Shown here: positions 38,785 to 51,484 of the stretch, in pieces | Position numbering within the stretch: the stretch's first letter is position 1 | How the letters are laid out: each line of letters starts with the position of its first letter | Assembly: GCA_965112155.1 (NCBI GenBank) | Contig: OZ218105.1 | Source: Podarcis liolepis | Taxonomy: Eukaryota | Direction: 5' to 3' (one strand) | DNA: 64,000 nt | The notes under the pieces: generated by a model | What the model saw: the letters and a program-made list of their open reading frames with translations, nothing else | What the model was told of the DNA's origin: nothing | Databases searched by the model: none | Position numbers and translations under genes: made by a program

Positions 38785-40512
38785 ATCAGGATGAATACCG
38801 ACAGCCAATACCAGAGGAAAGCATTCTGGTTGCCCCCCTCCCCTGTGCTCCAGACTACAACTCTCATCAGCACCTGTCAGCATGGCCAATGGCCAGGAAT
38901 GATGAGAACGACAGTCCAGAACACCAAGAGGGAGCCAAGTTGCCTACTCTGGTCTACAGTGATTGGCAGCAGCTCTCCAAGGTTTCAGATAAGCATCTTC
39001 CCAGCCATTGTTGGTTTTGTGTGATTCCCAATCTGTCTCACTCATTGATCCCTGTAGTACAATTAGACTAGCAGCAGTCAGCTTGGTGATGGGCACAGCT
39101 GATGCTTGCCTTGCTGGCTGTCTAGCCTGCAAAAGGACTCTGACTGCTGGAGGTAGCTGGTTTCTAGATGCAACCTTACAGCGTGCGGCAAGAGGCGCTG
39201 ATATGCTTAATGAAGCTTGTTAAGAGTAAATTAGTCAAATATTCCAAGGCCTTAGCTAGACTCAGTTAGAGGGAAGACAGAAGAAGAGTGTTCAACGGTG
39301 AGTTATGAATCACAAAAAAACTTGTAACAGTCTGTAAAAGCACCTGTGACTGACCAATAGCAGTAAATCCTTCCTTTTTATTTGGCTGGACACGTCTGGT
39401 CCAGTAGGGGGTAGAGCTAAAATACGATAGCTCTCCATTTGCTGAACAGCATCTGCTTAAAGAACTACAAGGTTGATTACTTCAAACACAGCAGCCAAAT
39501 TCATCTGGTGCTCGGTGTCCACCCAAAGAATAGTTACGAGCTTCAAGCTTGAGTCATCAAGGTAGGCCTCAAAATAAGCAAATACATTTATTGTTAGAAA
39601 ACAGTTGATGTTTAATAACCTCAGCTCATGGGTCTGCTTGGCTGCCACCACACAAATGAACTCATGTGGACCCAGGCATTTGAAAACAGAAGCATACCTA
39701 CAAACAGTGATGTTAAGATCACAGATATTAGTCAGATCAATTTTGTGCCTGTGTGATATTGCGTTACAGTGACCATGATTCACCTCCCCCAATGCCTGGA
39801 CTCACTCTACCCTGCACATGACCATCACATCAGCCTGAGTGTTGGAATGGGCCTGTTGTTTCAACCTTTTCTGTGACTGCAGAATGACGCCAGCTGTTAA
39901 GAAGAAGCCAGGTAGCAAATACAGGTAGAATCAATGTATTCTGACAAATAATAATCTTATACTGAAAATTCAAAGGCATTCATCAGAAGACATGAGAATA
40001 AAAGTTGACCTCTTTAAATATAATATTTAGCCTACTGGCCATGTTCCAAATGCAGATCAGAGTGCTGCCAACAATTTATCATTCTTCCCTTCTTCCCTGA
40101 CATGTCTTTACTTTTGACCTTTCAACATAGTTCATCAGGCAGTATTCACTACCTGAATAACAACCTAGACTCACTTAAAAAAAAATTGTGCCCCCTAAAA
40201 GCAAAATACCTTTCATTGGTATTAGGCTGTTACTAAAACTATGTAGAACTTTGAACTGGTCAACCAACCAGAGCACCTTTCTTTTCATAAACCTCAAGTC
40301 ATTGATGGTACCAGATTAACCATGAAGGGTTATGGCATTGTTTGTGCATAGCAATCCAAATCCGTATTATGGGGGCTGGGAGTGTTATATAAATGTTCTT
40401 TTATGACAATGCAGCAAAAAAAATAGCTTCGGGGAAATCCTGCTAGTCAAAGGCATTGAAAAGACACAGGAGAACAGAACAGGATGATGCCATGGCACAT
40501 AGTTCTTCCACA

Positions 40513-41000
40513 TGTTGTTGTTGTCATGTCTGACTCTTCATGACCCCATGGACCAAAGCACACCAGGCACTCCTGTCTTCCACTGCCTCCCGCAGTTTGG
40601 TCAAACTCATGTTAGTAGCTTTGAGAACACTGTCCAACCATCTCGTCCTCTGTTGTCCACTTCTCCTTGTGTCCTCAATCTTTCCCCACATCAGGGTCTT
40701 TTCCAGGGAGTCTTCTCTTCTCATGAGGTAGCCAAAGTATTAGAGCCATCTCGTCCTCTGTCGTCCCCTTCTCCTTGTGTCCTCAATCTTTCCCCACATC
40801 AGGGTCTTTTCCAGGGAGTCTTCTCTTCTCATGAGGTAGCCAAAGTATTAGAGCCTCAGCTTCAGGATCTGTCCTTCCAGTGAGCACCCAGGGCTGATTT
40901 CCTTCAGAATGGATAGGTTTGATCTTCTTGCAGTCCATGGGACTCTCAAGAGTCTCCTCCAGCACCATAATTCAAAAGCATCAATTCTTTGGCGATCAGC
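40513..41000 (-). mobile_element. RTE-BovB LINE 3' fragment with a 108-bp internal tandem duplication
   Basis: Minus strand ADRQRIDAFELWCWRRLLRVPWTARRSNLSILKEISPG...; (CAA)n tail; duplicated block 40638-40745 / 40746-40853. Confidence 0.95.
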
Positions 41001-41029
41001 AGGAAATAACTTGACCTGGGGATCGTTGA

Positions 41030-41165
41030 GGGATGAGCTGTAGCTCACTGGGGAAGCACAAGCTTTGAACACAATAGTTGAGTCCCCAGCATCTCAAAAC
41101 AGGACTAGGGCAGACCACACTGCCTCAGACCCTGGAGAGATGTTGCCAGTGAGTAGATAGTTCCA
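41030..41165 (+). mobile_element. Old tRNA-derived SINE with CR1-type tail (Squam2-like); related remnants near 10000, 38950, 44270, 45165-45310
   Basis: gctgtagctca...gagtccccagcatctc...tgcctcagaccctggagagatgttgccagt. Confidence 0.5.
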
Positions 41166-41172
41166 GCTAGAC

Positions 41173-41302
41173 CAGTTTCCCAAACTTGGGCCTCCAGCTG
41201 TTTTTGGACTACAACTCCCATCATCCCTGACCACTGGTCTTGCTAGCTAGGGATGATGGGAGTCTCCAGAAACAGCTGGAGACCCAAGTTTGGGAAACAC
41301 TA
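41173..41302. mobile_element. Palindromic hAT MITE
   Basis: cagtttcccaaacttggg...cccaagtttgggaaacacta; TSD agctagac/agctagaa. Confidence 0.85.
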
Positions 41303-42370
41303 AGCTAGAAGCCTTGAGTGGGAAGCCTGTGGTCCTTCAGATGATGTTGGGCTCCAACTTCCATCAGTCCCGGGCAGCATGGCTAATAATTAGGGGTGTG
41401 AGTTTTAGCCCAACAACATCTTCAAGGCCACAGGTTCCCCACCTCAAGCTAGATGGGGCACATAATTGATAAAACAATTTCCTGAAATAACTGATAGTAG
41501 GAAAGAGTTATGAAAAGGATTAGTCAAAGCAGGAGAAGGTAAGAATATCAGCAGTGGTCAAGTAGGACAAACAGGGCATCCGTACAGTTCTCATAATATT
41601 TTCACATGTAACACCAAGAAATGCATCTAAGTCTCTTTTGTGTGTGTTAATGCCACAACATGAATGTTGTAAACAGCAGAGAAAATTTGGAATTGGGGGG
41701 GGGATGAAATGTAGCTTTTAACCAATGTAGGTTTCACCTTTACATTACAGACTGATTAAAACACAAACTTATTTAAGTTTCACGTTTGAAGATACCCTTA
41801 GGCTGTCCATAGTATATTTAGCTGGTGGACTGCTCTATCATTCCTTTGTGTCTCAAGCATTCCTGATCCAGCCTCATCTATTTTCATGTTCATTTAGGAA
41901 ACAGTTGAGGTGAAGGTTACACAAGGGAGCAAAATGAAATTTGTGGCTTATGTCCCTGGAGACCAAGCCAGCTCTCATTCGAGTTAGCCCTAGAGGTGTG
42001 CTCAAACCATCATGTTCTCTTTCACCTTGGATCAGAAATTGTTCTCCAGATGAAAGACAGCCAGATAAATGAGAGAAAATGCAATTAAATGTCTGCCGCT
42101 GTCACACAAAGTCACCATAGAGTATGACTCCCCCCATTTGCTTTGTGTTACGTTAAGTTACATTCTAGAACTGCAGTAACTAAACACCAGTTCAGACATT
42201 ATATCTTTTGTCCAAGTCAGCCATGTGCTCTACCTTGAGCTTACACAACTTGGGCGTAAGGACTGCCTTGCAGGATCAGACCAGGAGATTATTTAGCCCA
42301 GTCATGGGCAAGCTCCCAGCTCAAACTCAGAAGCAAGCTGAGCCATTTCCTCCCAAACTGGAACATAGTA

Positions 42371-42473
42371 CAGTGGTACCTCAGTTTACGAACTTAATCC
42401 GTTCTGGAACTCCGTTCTTAAACCGAAACTGTTCTTAAACTGAGGCGCACTTTCCCTAATGAGGCCTCTTGCC
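42371..42473. mobile_element. Truncated Tigger-like MITE (one TIR)
   Basis: TA-CAGTGGTACCTCAGTTTACGAACTTAATCCGTTC; no second TIR. Confidence 0.8.
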
Positions 42474-43495
42474 ACAGATGGAGGATGTTCTTCCAAAGCA
42501 GGGAGTCTCCCCTAACTCGTGAAGGTTCTCCACATCATTTTAAACCTTGCATATTCAGGGCTGTAGACTGCACATGTTTCTATGTGTACATATGGAAAGA
42601 CCTGGCTCCTAAACTGCTTCAACTGGCAAGCAAGAATGTTCATCTTCTTCCCCAATATACTGGCAGGGCATGCACACACATAGATTTTGTGCAGCTACAT
42701 CTGGTTAATACAGCTACTGTTAGTACTGAAAACTAAAAAAGTAATCTATCAGTGGATGTAGGTAGGGCTGCTGCTGCTTCAGGTCCACCCATTTAGCCTT
42801 TAAACTGATTATTTGATCTTCAAAGAACAAGAATTTGTGTGTGTGAGAGAGAGAAAGAGAGAGAGCACGAGGAGTGGGAGAGATAGAGATGTTCAGTTGC
42901 TTGAAATGAAAACAGATATCTTCTTGCATGCATAGCAATGCCTCAAGGTGACTGAAACAGCTTCCTTTCACATCAAGAGCTGAGAGTAAAAACACTGCAG
43001 AACCTCAAAGAGCCAAAAGTCAGCGGCTTTTGGACAACAACTAGAGCAACCTAGATGTTGACACTGCCATATCCTACGAGCTAAATGGGGCTTGGCCTGT
43101 GTGGCACTGGGAAGGGGTGCACACATGTTGGTTTGGTGCATTATTAGATAACCATTATCTGGTTGCATGAACCCCCACCCCACCTGCCTGCATCATCCCC
43201 ATATGCCAGATGACTGGGAGGGGAATGAGTCTTGCTTCATTTTGAGCACGACTTTGGAGAGAGGTGGAGCACCTCTCTTTTGCCACTTCCTCTTTCCTCG
43301 GTCTTTATAGGGAACTATGACGGGAGCAGCTTTTTAAGTTCAGCACAGCACCTTGGAAAGTGAAGGAAGACCCTGTTAATTTGCCAACCCCCTACAGCTC
43401 AGTCAGCAGAGCGTTAGACTTATGATCTCAGGGTCGTGGGTTCGAACCCCACTTTGAGTGAAAGATTCCTGCATTGCAAGGGGTTGGACCAGATG

Positions 43496-43545
43496 ATGAT
43501 GATGATGAGGAGAAGAAGAAGAAGAAGAAGAAGAAGAAGAAGAAG

Positions 43546-43577
<32 letters not shown>

Positions 43578-43897
43578 GTTATTTGTACCCCGTCCATTTG
43601 TACCCCAGCCACTATGGGCGGCTTCCAACAAAGATTAAAAATACATTAAAATGTCACACATTAAAAACTTCCCTGAACAGGGCTGCCTTCAGATGTCTTC
43701 CAAATGTCAGGTAGTTGTTTATCTTTGACATCTGATGGGAGGGCGTTCCCGGGGGGGGGGCACTACCAAGAAGGCCCTCTGCCTGGTTCCCAGTAGCTTT
43801 GCTTCTTTCTGTGAGGGAACCCCCAGAAGGCCCTCGGCGCTGGACCTCTGTGTCCGGGCTGAACGATGGGGGTGGAGACGCTCCTTCAGGTATACTG
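43496..43897 (-). mobile_element. L2 LINE 3' fragment with (ATC)n/(TTC)n tail
   Basis: Minus strand VYLKERLHPHRSARTQRSSAEGLL...GTRQRAF; 3' end continues into (GAT)n and (GAA)n on the plus strand. Confidence 0.88.
43510..43575. repeat. (GAA)n microsatellite
   Basis: Seen directly. Confidence 0.97.
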
Positions 43898-44350
43898 ATC
43901 CTCGTGGTCCCTTCCAACTCCACAATTCCGATTCTGTGCACTGATTCTATGCATCAGTTCATGAACAGCTCCGGAGAAGGGTGTTCACCACTGGCAAATA
44001 GACAGTGACTGGACTGAAAAGAACCCCAGGCACTGCAGGAAGCTGCTGTCCAGCTATCTAAACTGAAGCCCTGAAACACCAGATAGTATTGCAAGTAGTT
44101 TGCAAAATCAAAAAGAAATCCAGGGGTGGGTTGAGGGAAGCAATAAAAATGTGTCCGTGTTAGAGCTGAGTAAATAAGGCAAACAGGGGGTGGGCGTTAA
44201 TAGGGTGCCCATGTGTCCTACTGTATGCAGAAAGTCACAGATTCAGCCCCCACATCCTGCAGGTAGTGCCAAGAGGGATTTCTGCCTGAAACCCCACAGA
44301 GCCACTGCTAGGCAGTGTAAGGCAGCTCCCCAGGTTCTAATGCTTCCCTC

Positions 44351-44398
<48 letters not shown>

Positions 44399-44480
44399 TT
44401 TATTTATATCCCGCCCTCCCCAGCCGAAGCCGGGCTCAGGGCGGCTAACAACACTAAAATAGTGCAACATTATAAAAACA
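44351..44480 (-). mobile_element. L2 3' end (second L2 subfamily) with (AAT)n tail
   Basis: Reverse complement matches the 3' end of the L2 at 52105-52189. Confidence 0.82.
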
Positions 44481-45400
44481 TGACTGGAAAACTTGACTTT
44501 TCGCTACCACCAGTTGTAGTTGAAGCCAGCCGCCATTTTAAAATGGCCAGCACGCGGGAAATGTTGCTTTGCCAGAGAATAAGACAAGGAAGGCTATATA
44601 CAAAAATTTCAGGATTGTTGATGTGTGAAAAGTTTTGCATGTAGAGGAGTAAAGCAGTCGGGCCTCAAAATAACTTTAGAAAATCATAAAAGGTTTTCTA
44701 AGGTAGTTTCAGCAAAACTCATAGAAGATATAATTTCTGAAACTACACACTTACCCACTGCAAAACATTAAGCCAGAGTTTTGAAAAGCTATTAAGAGGG
44801 ATTGAAAGAACTTCCAATGGCACCTGTGACATTCACTTTCAGTGTTAATATCCTATTTTACCATGATGGCAGAGTAATAAGCTTTTAATTGAAAAAATGC
44901 AATTATACTACAATGAAGCACTGCGTTACGAATCAAAAAGCACATTGTTCTTTATGCTCATTGTTCTTAGGGTCACACTTGGAAGTTCGCGATCCATTAC
45001 CAAGTGCAAAAGTTTCTACTCGGATGCGTTTCATATTGGAATATTAGAGAGTCTAGCACCTCAAATGTCAAACCGTTATTCACAACATTTGTATATATTC
45101 CTTCTTCTAGGTAGCTCACTACAGTCTTGTGAAGTGCTTGAGGCTGAGAGAGAATGATTTCAGGATGGGCCATAGCTTTCCAGGTTCAATCCCCGCTATG
45201 AATCTCCCAATTTGAAACACTGGGGAGCCACTCCCAATCTGTGTAGACAACAATGAGGTTGATGGACCAATGGGGTGACTTGGAATAAGGCAACCTGTGT
45301 TCTATGTTCAATGCATGTTTTATCTGAGACAATTCCACAGAGACTGTGGGTTTTAATTGGGGAGAGGAGTTGCACTTCCAACACTTTAGTTCCTCTAAAA

Positions 45401-45536
45401 CAGGCATCCCCAAAATCAGCCTGCCAGGTGTTTTGGGACTACAATTCCCATCATCTCTGACCACTGGTCCTGTTAGCTAGGGATGATGGGAGTTGTAGTC
45501 CCAAAACATCTGGAGGGCCGAGTCTGGGAATGCCTG
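45401..45536. mobile_element. Palindromic hAT MITE
   Basis: CAGGCATCCCCA...TGGGAATGCCTG; perfect 8-bp TSD CTCTAAAA. Confidence 0.92.
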
Positions 45537-46343
45537 CTCTAAAACGTCTCTGTGCTCACTTGTACAAAGTTTGTTCCAAGAAGCTAGTCCTAGATATCCT
45601 TTACACATGCGTCCCTTTTTTTTGAAAACAACTTTCCCCCCTCCTGCTTAGGGTTTTCCCATACAGTCAGGTCGAACTGCCTTCTTTCAGTTAGCACACT
45701 GCGTCATTTCCAAAGTCATTAGCTTCTTGGCCCTATTGAAGAGACAAAATTGCACTAGAGTTTTCAAGTCATACCAACCATCTCCCCAGACAAGAGAACA
45801 ACTACGCATGACACTTCTTTATCAAAGGAAGTGGTTTGCAAACTTCCTGCTTCCAACTAACCCCTTCCATACTGATTTGTCTGCTGAGGAATCCCTGTGA
45901 ATTTGCCCCAGAACCTTCCTTCCCAGAAGAGAATTCTGGGACCTACCGAGCCTCACCAGAAATTGCATAATGTTGCTCAATCCGTTTAAGATGGCAAGAA
46001 GGGAGCCAGGCTGTAGTGAGCAAGATAAGCCAGAGGTCTCCTCCAAGGTAATGTGGAGAGGAGGATTAACCTCACCCCCTCACCAGCTCGAAAGTTCACT
46101 GAGCCCTGTGGCTTGTTATGGCTCTTGCTGGGCACAGTCACAAAGCTATAGCCATCCTCCGTCTCCATCTCATAGCTGGAAGAGACACAGAGGCACCTAT
46201 CCACCAGGCAGAGACAGAGAAAGCCCTTCCCATTCTGAGCTTGCAGTGCTTGTAGGGAAAGGCAGAGCCAAGTCAACTTCCTGTGCCCCTTTGGCTGGTG
46301 TTCTGCAAGCTTGGGACACTGGTCAGATGGACACAAAAAGAGA

Positions 46344-46707
46344 GACTTTGCAGAACTGGCGAAACTGACGGGAAGAATCCAGAACCAGCGAGACCAAGCA
46401 TTCCAAAAGGACTGGAATAAATTTATATTATATTTGAAAGACAGCTGTAAGCAATTAACATCATTAGCAGGGTTATCTGAAGATTTGTAAGATGAAATTG
46501 CTACCTATTCAGGTGGAGTAATTTAATATTTTAGGGAATGATATAACAAGGATAGGAAACGAAGTGAAATGTAAAGATGTAAAGTCTAATTTTGTAAACG
46601 GGAGGAAGTCGTTAGGCTCAGTTGAGCCAAAGAGATAAAATAAGAGGATATGATGTTACGTAATGTGATTATATGAAAACCAATAAAAATCATTTAAAAA
46701 CAAAAAC
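46344..46707 (+). mobile_element. L1 LINE 3' end
   Basis: DFAELAKLTGRIQNQRDQAFQKDWNKFILYLKDSCKQLTSLAGL, then 3' UTR, AATAAA and A-rich tail; TSD AAAGAGAGA. Confidence 0.88.
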
Positions 46708-46935
46708 AAAGAGAGAAAACCTCTCTCCCCTGCCTGCCCTTCTGAATAGTTGGAAGAAGGCTGGTTTCCTGACCTCTATTTCAGTTCCAAGCTTAGAGCG
46801 AGACAGAGCAGGAAATTCCCCCTGACTTTGTGCTGCCTTTCAAAGACATAGCATGAGGTCAGGGACAAGACCTGTCCTCTTGTGATGAGGGTGGGGGGCT
46901 CTGTCAGTAACACTTTTTGATGGCCAGTAGGACCA

Positions 46936-47280
46936 ACGCTGTGGTCTAAACCATGGAGCCTAGGGCTTGCCGATCAGAAGCTTGGCGGTTTGAATCCCCG
47001 CAATGGGGTGAGTACAGTTGCTCGGTCCCTGGTCCTGCCAACCTAGCAGTCCGAAAGCACGTCAAAGTGCAAGTAGATAAATAGGTACCGCTCCAGCAGG
47101 AAGGTAAACGGTGTTTTCATGCGCTGCTCTGGATTTGCCAGAAGCGGCTTAGTTATGCTGGCCACATGACCCGGAAAAACTGCGGACAAACGTCGGCTCC
47201 CTCAGCCAGTAAAGTGAGATGAGCGCTGCAACCCCAGAGTTGTTCACGACTGGACTTGACTGTCAGGGGTCCTTTACCTT
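46936..47280 (+). mobile_element. Sauria SINE (distinct variant), slightly 5'-truncated
   Basis: Begins at cgctgtggtctaaacc; ACCTTT tail; TSD TAGGACCA. Confidence 0.92.
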
Positions 47281-48258
47281 TAGGACCAGCCAAAATTGCT
47301 GCTTCCTGGTCTTCTCCTATAACCCTGCATAACATGAAAACATTTATTAGGACACACATTGCATGGAAAGATCACAGGTGATGAGAAGTTGTGTTTAAAG
47401 TGAAGTTTGCCATCTCCACATTTATCTGCTCATCGAGGAACCTCAGGCTTCCTTGGAACACAGTTTGAAAATGACAGATGCAAAGACTTCATCCAGAAGC
47501 ATAAAGTCTTCCTTTTCCCTAGCTGCATGCATCGAGTTGCTGTGCTTAGAAGCCTCTAAGTTCACCACTAGGCCTGGCAAATTCAACATTAACTACTGCG
47601 GCGGAGAAGTTGCCAGTCAGAATGTAGCTAAAGCTGGAATAATTCCAACCATAAACTGGCAGCTAGTCAGATGAGGACCAATTTTCTTAAGGATGATTGA
47701 AACAAGCTGGCTTATGTTTAGAGAACAAGGTTAGAAAACACTACATACAATGCAAAATGTTTAAGCTTTGCACCAGCACTGAATATGGATTATCATTAGG
47801 TGTCAACAACAGTAATTAGGCAATTGATTAAGCCATGTACTAATTGTATGCTAGGGTGACCAAACAAGCATGCAAATTTATTTGGCTATTAAAGAGTTGT
47901 AAAGAAATATGGATTTTCAGTCAGTCAACGGCAAGCTTTTAGAGGTGGGTGTTTTGTCCTTTGGGGCAGAGGTTTGAACCTCTGATCGTTTTGGAAAGGA
48001 AAGTTAACACCTGTGACCCTCCTGCAACAAGAAAGGTATGGAGCTCATTTTATCTGCTGCCTTGCAGGCTGGTTTCTCAGCATGAGAAAGAATATGGGAA
48101 TCTCAATGAAGATGGACTAATTAAGAGACTTCCCTTCCCTCAAAGCTGAGGAGGCACTCCACCTCTTGGTCTATGAAGCCCTTTCACAGAGAGTGGTTAG
48201 AAAGAAGCTCAAACCTCTTTGGTAGCTGTCCACACAGAAACGATTAAACTGTCTTACA

Positions 48259-48481
48259 CGGTAGTACCTCTGGTTACGTACTTAATTCGTTCCGGAGGTC
48301 CGTTCTTAACCTGAAACTGTTCTTAATCTGAAGCACCACTTTAGCTAATGGGGCCTCCTGCTGCTGCTGCGCCGCCGCACAATTTCTGTTCTCATCCTGA
48401 AGCAAAGTTCTTAACCCAAGGTACTATTTCTGGGTTAGCGGAGTCTGTAACCTGAAGCGTATGTAACCCAAGGTACCGCTG
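48259..48481. mobile_element. Tigger-like MITE
   Basis: CGGTAGTACCTCTGGTTA...TAACCCAAGGTACCGCTG; interior matches the 24345 copy. Confidence 0.9.
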
Positions 48482-48643
48482 TACAGAGCCCTTCACCATA
48501 TATGGACCATCTAGCCCAGAAGTCACAAATTCTGGGGTCCCATGGACACATTTTCAAGGTAGAAAAATTGTTATGTGTTCCACCCACACAACCAAGCATG
48601 CACAACTTATTACATTCACTATAATAAAATGATTTCCGGGCCC

Positions 48644-49130
48644 TGTGTGGAGATGCCGTTCCATCCCTGATAGAACGGTGGGAGGAGCCAGCTAGGGAAC
48701 CACCAAAGGAAGAAGGCTCAGAACCCGAGGAGTAGTGGTGGGACAATGATGAGTGGTCAGAGGGAGAAGAGGGGGAAAACAAGAAAGAGGAGGTGTCAGA
48801 AGCAGACACCTTAGTGAGCTGGGAAAGAAATAATTCCAGAATCAGAGGCTGAGGCTGAAGCTGAAACAGGTGAGTGGGATGAGGGAGGCCAAGAGGCAGA
48901 GATGAGTCAGGCTCGTGAAGAGTCACAGGTGTCTCTCCCTCCTGCCACAACAAGCTCCCCTCCCCCCTGGTCTCCCAGAACCAGAAGAGTAATGAAAAGG
49001 GCAGAGGAAAGGTTGGCTGCATGCAGGCGCAGTCTCCGACTGCTTGGGGAAACGCCTTGGAGAGGAGAGGTCTGCAACCCGCCAGCCCTTTCTACAAAAG
49101 CAAGCCATAAGTGGCAGCTTGTGGATTAAC
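48644..49130 (+). mobile_element. Probable LTR-retrotransposon LTR fragment
   Basis: Starts with TGT; purine-rich, with decayed acidic then Arg-rich reading (EEEVSEA..., PPPWSPRTRRVMKRAEERLAACRRSLRLLG) that I recall from lizard LTRs; no TSD or 3' end seen. Confidence 0.45.
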
Positions 49131-50397
49131 TTGAGCCTGGGAGTAGCCCCTGTGATCCTCCAGCTATTTCTCACTTCAGCCCCAGTCAGCACAGGAAATG
49201 GTCAGGGATGATGGGAGCTGAAGTCCAACAGCATCTAGAGAGCACAACACTGACTCCCCCTGCCCATCTGTCTAACCTCTCTTTTCCTAGGTAGAACTCA
49301 AATAAAATGCTGCCAGGTTTGGTACCAGAGACAACCTAGAGAGACAGATCCATTGCTGCACCTTACTTGGTAAAATAAGGCTTTCCCCTATAAGCAAATT
49401 ACTTACACACAGCATTGCAAATATATATTAATTTGGTTCAACTGTGCAACATTTATCAGGCTAGAATATCAAATGCTTTCAGGCTACTGTACTTTGGGCT
49501 TGCGCTATGTGAAAAGGCACTGATAAAATAGAATTATGAAGCCCCAAAAGCATTTAATAATCACAGAAATGAAGCACATGCACTAATAAAATTGACGTTA
49601 ATAAACTAGGTCAATGCTGAAACAAAGGAAATAGCCAGACAGGCAAAATGCTGCAAACCTGCTCCTTCAGGGTTGCATTTTCAATTCAACTTTCTCTTCT
49701 AGCATTTTACTTCATACAGTAACGGTTGTGGGTTTTGCTGCTCTTTGACCTGCGTAACATAGGCATTAGTTACAAGGCAGTGTGCAGGGGAGGTCTCTCA
49801 GCAGGATCCCTATTTGCAGCTGCAAGCAGTCAAGTAGCTACTTAGTACAGAGTATCTTTTGGAAGAAAAGCTCATGAATCAACCTTCCATCATTAAAAGA
49901 GTTTTAATGGTGAGAAAAGGGCTTATACTGCACTTACGCAGGCGGATACTTAAAGGTAGCGAAGCCTAACAAATTGAGCAAAAGACTGCTGCAAGTATTT
50001 CAGGGTTTAGCTTTGTACATACCAGATTGCATTGCACTTCAAAAGGCAAAGAGAGAAGGGGGGTGGAGGTAATGGAAAAGGACAAATTACTCCTGACTTT
50101 CTGTCTGTTACAGGATCCCTCATTCACACAAGGGCATTTTTGGAGACCGGAAGGCGAAAGGTAAAAAAACCAAAATCGTCCTGTCTGGAAATATCTGACA
50201 AGTATTGTTCCACCACAGAAGATGGTTCGAGTTATTCTGTGTGTTTGTGTCTGGGGAGAAAGGGGAGGGAGGGAATAGGGACAGGATTAAAAAATCAAGG
50301 ACAAAAGAGGAAACTCACTGATAGGATCTAAAGAGGAGGATACACTAAAAGCTGTGCATTTAAGTGTTTTGAATTTGGGGGATCCTTTTAAAAGAGA

Positions 50398-50714
50398 GGG
50401 ACGCGGGTGACGCTGTGGGTTAAACCACAGAGCCTAGGACTTGCTGATCAGAGGGTTGGTGGTTGTTGCTCGGTCCCTGCTCCTGCCAACCTAGTAGTTC
50501 GAAAGGACGCGCCAAAGTGCAAGTAGATAAATAGGTACCACTCCGGTGGGAAAGTAAACAGCGTTTCTGTGTGCTGCTCTGGTTCGCCAGAAGCAGCTTA
50601 GTCATGCTGGCCACATGACCCGGAAGCTGTACGCCGGCTCTCTCGGCCAGTAAAGCGAGATGAGCGCCGCAGCCCCAGAGTCGGTCACGACTGGACCTTT
50701 ACCTTTACCTTTAC
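50398..50714 (+). mobile_element. Sauria SINE (subfamily A) with internal deletions
   Basis: TSD TTTAAAAGAGAG; most of the B box and part of the 3' region are missing. Confidence 0.93.
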
Positions 50715-50898
50715 TTTAAAAGAGAGCTTAACTCTTGTTAGAAATTCTGGCATTAAAGTTTTTGGGTGGGCTTTTTATACAGTATATCTATTCTTGCAAT
50801 GAAGGTCAATGGTGCTGTTATAGGATTGGGGTGGGTGGGGTTGCAGTAGACGGAACTACTGAACTGTTAACCTTTCTTTGAAAGTTTAATGGCTCTAG

Positions 50899-51033
50899 CA
50901 GGTTTCCTCAACCTCAGCCCTCCAGATGTTTTGGCCTACATCTCCCATGATCCCTAGCTAGCAGGACCAGTGGCCAGGGATGATGGGAACTGTAGTCTCA
51001 AAACATCTGGAGGGCCGAGGTTAAGGAAGCCTG
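50899..51033. mobile_element. Palindromic hAT MITE
   Basis: CAGGTTTCCTCAACCTC...GAGGTTAAGGAAGCCTG; TSD ggctctag/ggctatag. Confidence 0.88.
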
Positions 51034-51389
51034 GGCTATAGCAAGGCCTGGAAGCACTATATTTTGCATGACTTATTGTAAACAGCCCTGTGATCTTTGG
51101 ATGAAGGGATGGAAAGAAATTTAATAAACATAATAAATAAATGGCTTAAAGAGTGAGCCATGTTGTCACAGAGATAAACAGGTGGGCCTTTTCCTCCCCT
51201 CAATTGGCTGGATGCCAAATACAATTAAAAACCATGCAGCATCTAGTATCTCACATTACAATTGCTGCAACAGGGAGAAAAAAATCGTTAAGTAGTCTGC
51301 TAAGACCTCCTGCCATTTTCAAGTGGTCCATGGGAAAAAGTTTGGGAATCACCTTTCTACACTGAATGGCAGCAGGTCTCCAGTGTGTC

Positions 51390-51468
51390 ACAGAATCCTA
51401 AAATTATAGCGTTGGAAGGGACCCCCAAGTCTTCTAATCCAACCCCCTGCAATGCATGAATCTCAGCT
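51390..51468 (-). mobile_element. CR1/POM-type 3' end fragment
   Basis: gttggaagggaccccc...aatccaaccccctgcaatgca is antisense to the CR1 tail. Confidence 0.65.
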
Positions 51469-51484
51469 GAGCACCTCTCCCAGC

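Larger units (their letters stand above)
43394..43951 (+). mobile_element. tRNA-Lys-derived SINE with CR1 tail (POM-SINE type), split by an L2 insertion
   Basis: agctcagtcagcagagc...ctcagggtcgtgggttcgaacccc...gggttggaccagatga [insertion] cctcgtggtcccttccaactccacaattc...attctatg. Confidence 0.85.

Noticed and set aside
43394-43460. tRNA-Lys-like sequence
   Set aside because: Degenerate stems, and it runs directly into a CR1-type tail; it is a SINE head
43403-43714. Poly-Ser, poly-Phe and poly-Arg ORFs; also poly-Ile at 9646-9965 and poly-Tyr at 44243
   Set aside because: Translations of trinucleotide microsatellites
48435-49022. 195-aa Ser-rich minus-strand ORF
   Set aside because: Antisense of a purine-rich repeat, ending inside a MITE; low complexity
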